In this document: piece after piece, positions 62,293 through 64,000 of the stretch
Layout of the letters: each line of letters opens with the position of its first letter
Position numbering within the stretch: the first letter of the stretch is position 1
Assembly (NCBI GenBank): GCA_963845755.1
Contig: CAWJTV010000042.1
Coordinates: forward strand, 192,001-256,000
Direction of reading: 5' to 3'
Length of the DNA stretch: 64,000 bases
Source: an uncultured Planctomycetota bacterium
GTDB lineage: Bacteria > Planctomycetota > Planctomycetia > Isosphaerales > Isosphaeraceae
Notes under the pieces: generated by a model
Told to the model about the DNA's origin: nothing
Seen by the model: the letters and a program-made list of their open reading frames with translations, nothing else
Databases searched by the model: none
Position numbers and translations under genes: made by a program

Positions 62293-63359
62293 ATGCAAAG
62301 GCCGCTCATCGACTTGCGATCCGACACGGTCACGAAGCCGACACCCGGGATGCGAAAGGCCATGGCCGAGGCGGAGGTCGGCGACGACGTCTTCGGCGAT
62401 GACCCGACGGTCAAGGCGCTGGAGGAACGGACCGCCGCGCTCCTGGACAAGGAGGCCGCGGTCTTCGTCCCCTCCGGGACGATGGCCAACCAGATCGGCG
62501 TCGGGGTGAATACGCAGCCCGGCGACGAGCTGTTGTGCGGCGCGACCTCGCATGTCTACGTCTGGGAGGCCGGCGGGATCGCCAGGCATTCGGGCGTCAC
62601 GGCACGGACGTTCGAGGGGGATGGTGGGCTCCTGTCGCTCGACGACATTCGCGACGCCATTCGACCCGACGACGCGCATTATGTCCGCACGCGGCTGGTC
62701 TGCCTGGAGAACACGCACAACCGCGGCGGCGGCCGGGTTCACCCGATCGAGAGCATCGCCCAGATCCGGCGCTGGCGCGCGAGCACAACCTGGCCATGCA
62801 TCTGGATGGAGCCCGGCTCATGAACGCGGTCGTGGCGAGCGGCCGGCCCGCGCGGGAGTGGGCGCAGTCGTTCGATACAGTGTCGATCTGCTTCTCCAAG
62901 GGCCTGGGAGCCCCGGTCGGCTCGGCGCTGGCCGGCTCGGGCGAGGCGATCCGGAAAGCCCGGCGGCTGCGGAAACTCTTCGGCGGCGGGATGCGCCAGG
63001 CGGGGATCATCGCCGCCGCGGCCCTCTACGCCTTGGAACATCACGTCGAACGCCTGAAAGATGACCACGCTCACGCCCAGCTCCTGGCCGAGGCATTCGA
63101 GGCCACCGACGGCTTCGCGATGGAATCGGGGCCCGTCGAGACCAACCTGGTCTGGGTCGCCGTCGGTCGTTCCATGGGGACCGCCGCCGAAGTGGCCGCC
63201 TATCTGCGATCCCGAGGCATCCTCGTCAGCGTGCTCGGGCCCCAGGTCCTCCGCGCCTGTACCCACCTCGACGTGACGCGCGAGCAGGTCGAACATGTCG
63301 CGGAGGTGATCCGGCAAATCGAGCCGGCGATGATCTCCGCCATGACGCTCATCTACTGA
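62293..63359 (+). CDS. ltaE: Low-specificity L-threonine aldolase (frameshift ~62775)
   Basis: [45 protein letters not shown] are in the next frame. Confidence 0.95.
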
Positions 63360-63378
63360 CTCGCGAATCGGAGGCATC

Positions 63379-64000
63379 GTGACCATCGGATCCGACTTGC
63401 CGGCCACCGAGGACTCCGTTGCTCGGGGTGCGGGTCTCGCGACCCCGCCCCGGGAAGGCGACTCATTGCGCGCGGGCGTCGAGCTCTTCTTCATCAGCTT
63501 TCTGGTCCTGTTTCTCGAGCTGGCCTGCATCCGCTGGTTCGGCAGCACGGTGATCTTCCTGACCTTCTTCACGAACATCGTCCTGATGGCCTGCTTCCTG
63601 GGCGTTTCCGTGGGCTGCCTGGCGTCCCGTCGGCGCGGGTCCCGGATCAACGCGCTGGTCCCGCTGGTCCTGGTGGCTGCGGGCTCGGCGGTCGGATTCC
63701 TGTGGTTGTACAGCGTATCCAGCCGCTTGATGATCGACGTCGGGTCCCAGCAGTCGCCGCAGCTCATCTACTTTGGCACCGATGCCCGGATCAAGGACCC
63801 ATCGAAGTGGGTCGTGCCGATGGAACTGCTGGCCGCCTACTTCTTCGTGTTGATCGCGCTGATGTTCGTCGGGCTCGGCCAGGAGATGGGACGGCGATTC
63901 GCCGTCATCGAGAATCGGGTGGCCGCCTACTCCGCCGACATCCTCGGGAGCCTGGCGGGCATCGTGGCTTTCGGCCTGCTTTCCCATTTCCGCGTCACCG
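63379..64000 (+). CDS. Membrane protein, N-terminus of spermidine-synthase-like/methyltransferase fusion (partial)
   Basis: GGAGG+GTG, LFFISFLVLFLELACIRW..., FFTNIVLMACFLG, AYSADILGSLAG. Runs off the window. Confidence 0.75.
   Translation, partial: MTIGSDLPATEDSVARGAGLATPPREGDSLRAGVELFFISFLVLFLELACIRWFGSTVIFLTFFTNIVLMACFLGVSVGCLASRRRGSRINALVPLVLVAAGSAVGFLWLYSVSSRLMIDVGSQQSPQLIYFGTDARIKDPSKWVVPMELLAAYFFVLIALMFVGLGQEMGRRFAVIENRVAAYSADILGSLAGIVAFGLLSHFRVT

Overview
High-GC bacterial DNA, almost certainly a planctomycete and probably Isosphaeraceae. This rests on LExR-type planctomycete extracellular signal domains, a PVC-type heme-binding CxxCH protein, an ECF sigma/Ser-Thr kinase-WD40 pair and planctomycete-style intergenic palindromes. 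Most of the window is chromosomal housekeeping and accessory genes: marR, S1/P1 nuclease, POT transporter with S9 peptidase, ABC transporter, fhs, LD-carboxypeptidase, prpB, ribBA, two TlpA redoxins, rplU, nrdJ, S46 peptidase, msrA and ltaE. No rRNA, tRNA, CRISPR array, integrase or transposase was recognised. About 8-10 small frameshifts in otherwise intact genes suggest uncorrected assembly indels. The most interesting feature is a ~1.5 kb AT-richer cassette (7177-8727) encoding a 4xCxxC zinc-ribbon protein and a pol-beta-type nucleotidyltransferase. It is bounded by 14-bp direct repeats that lie inside a small gene, and it appears to supply a largely synonymously recoded replacement 5' end that restores that gene. 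This resembles an integrase-less, gene-restoring mini-island, possibly with a defence or toxin function. Other candidates are a macrodomain/ParB-Srx/Zn-finger cluster and a duplicated DUF5678-like gene paired with a retropepsin.
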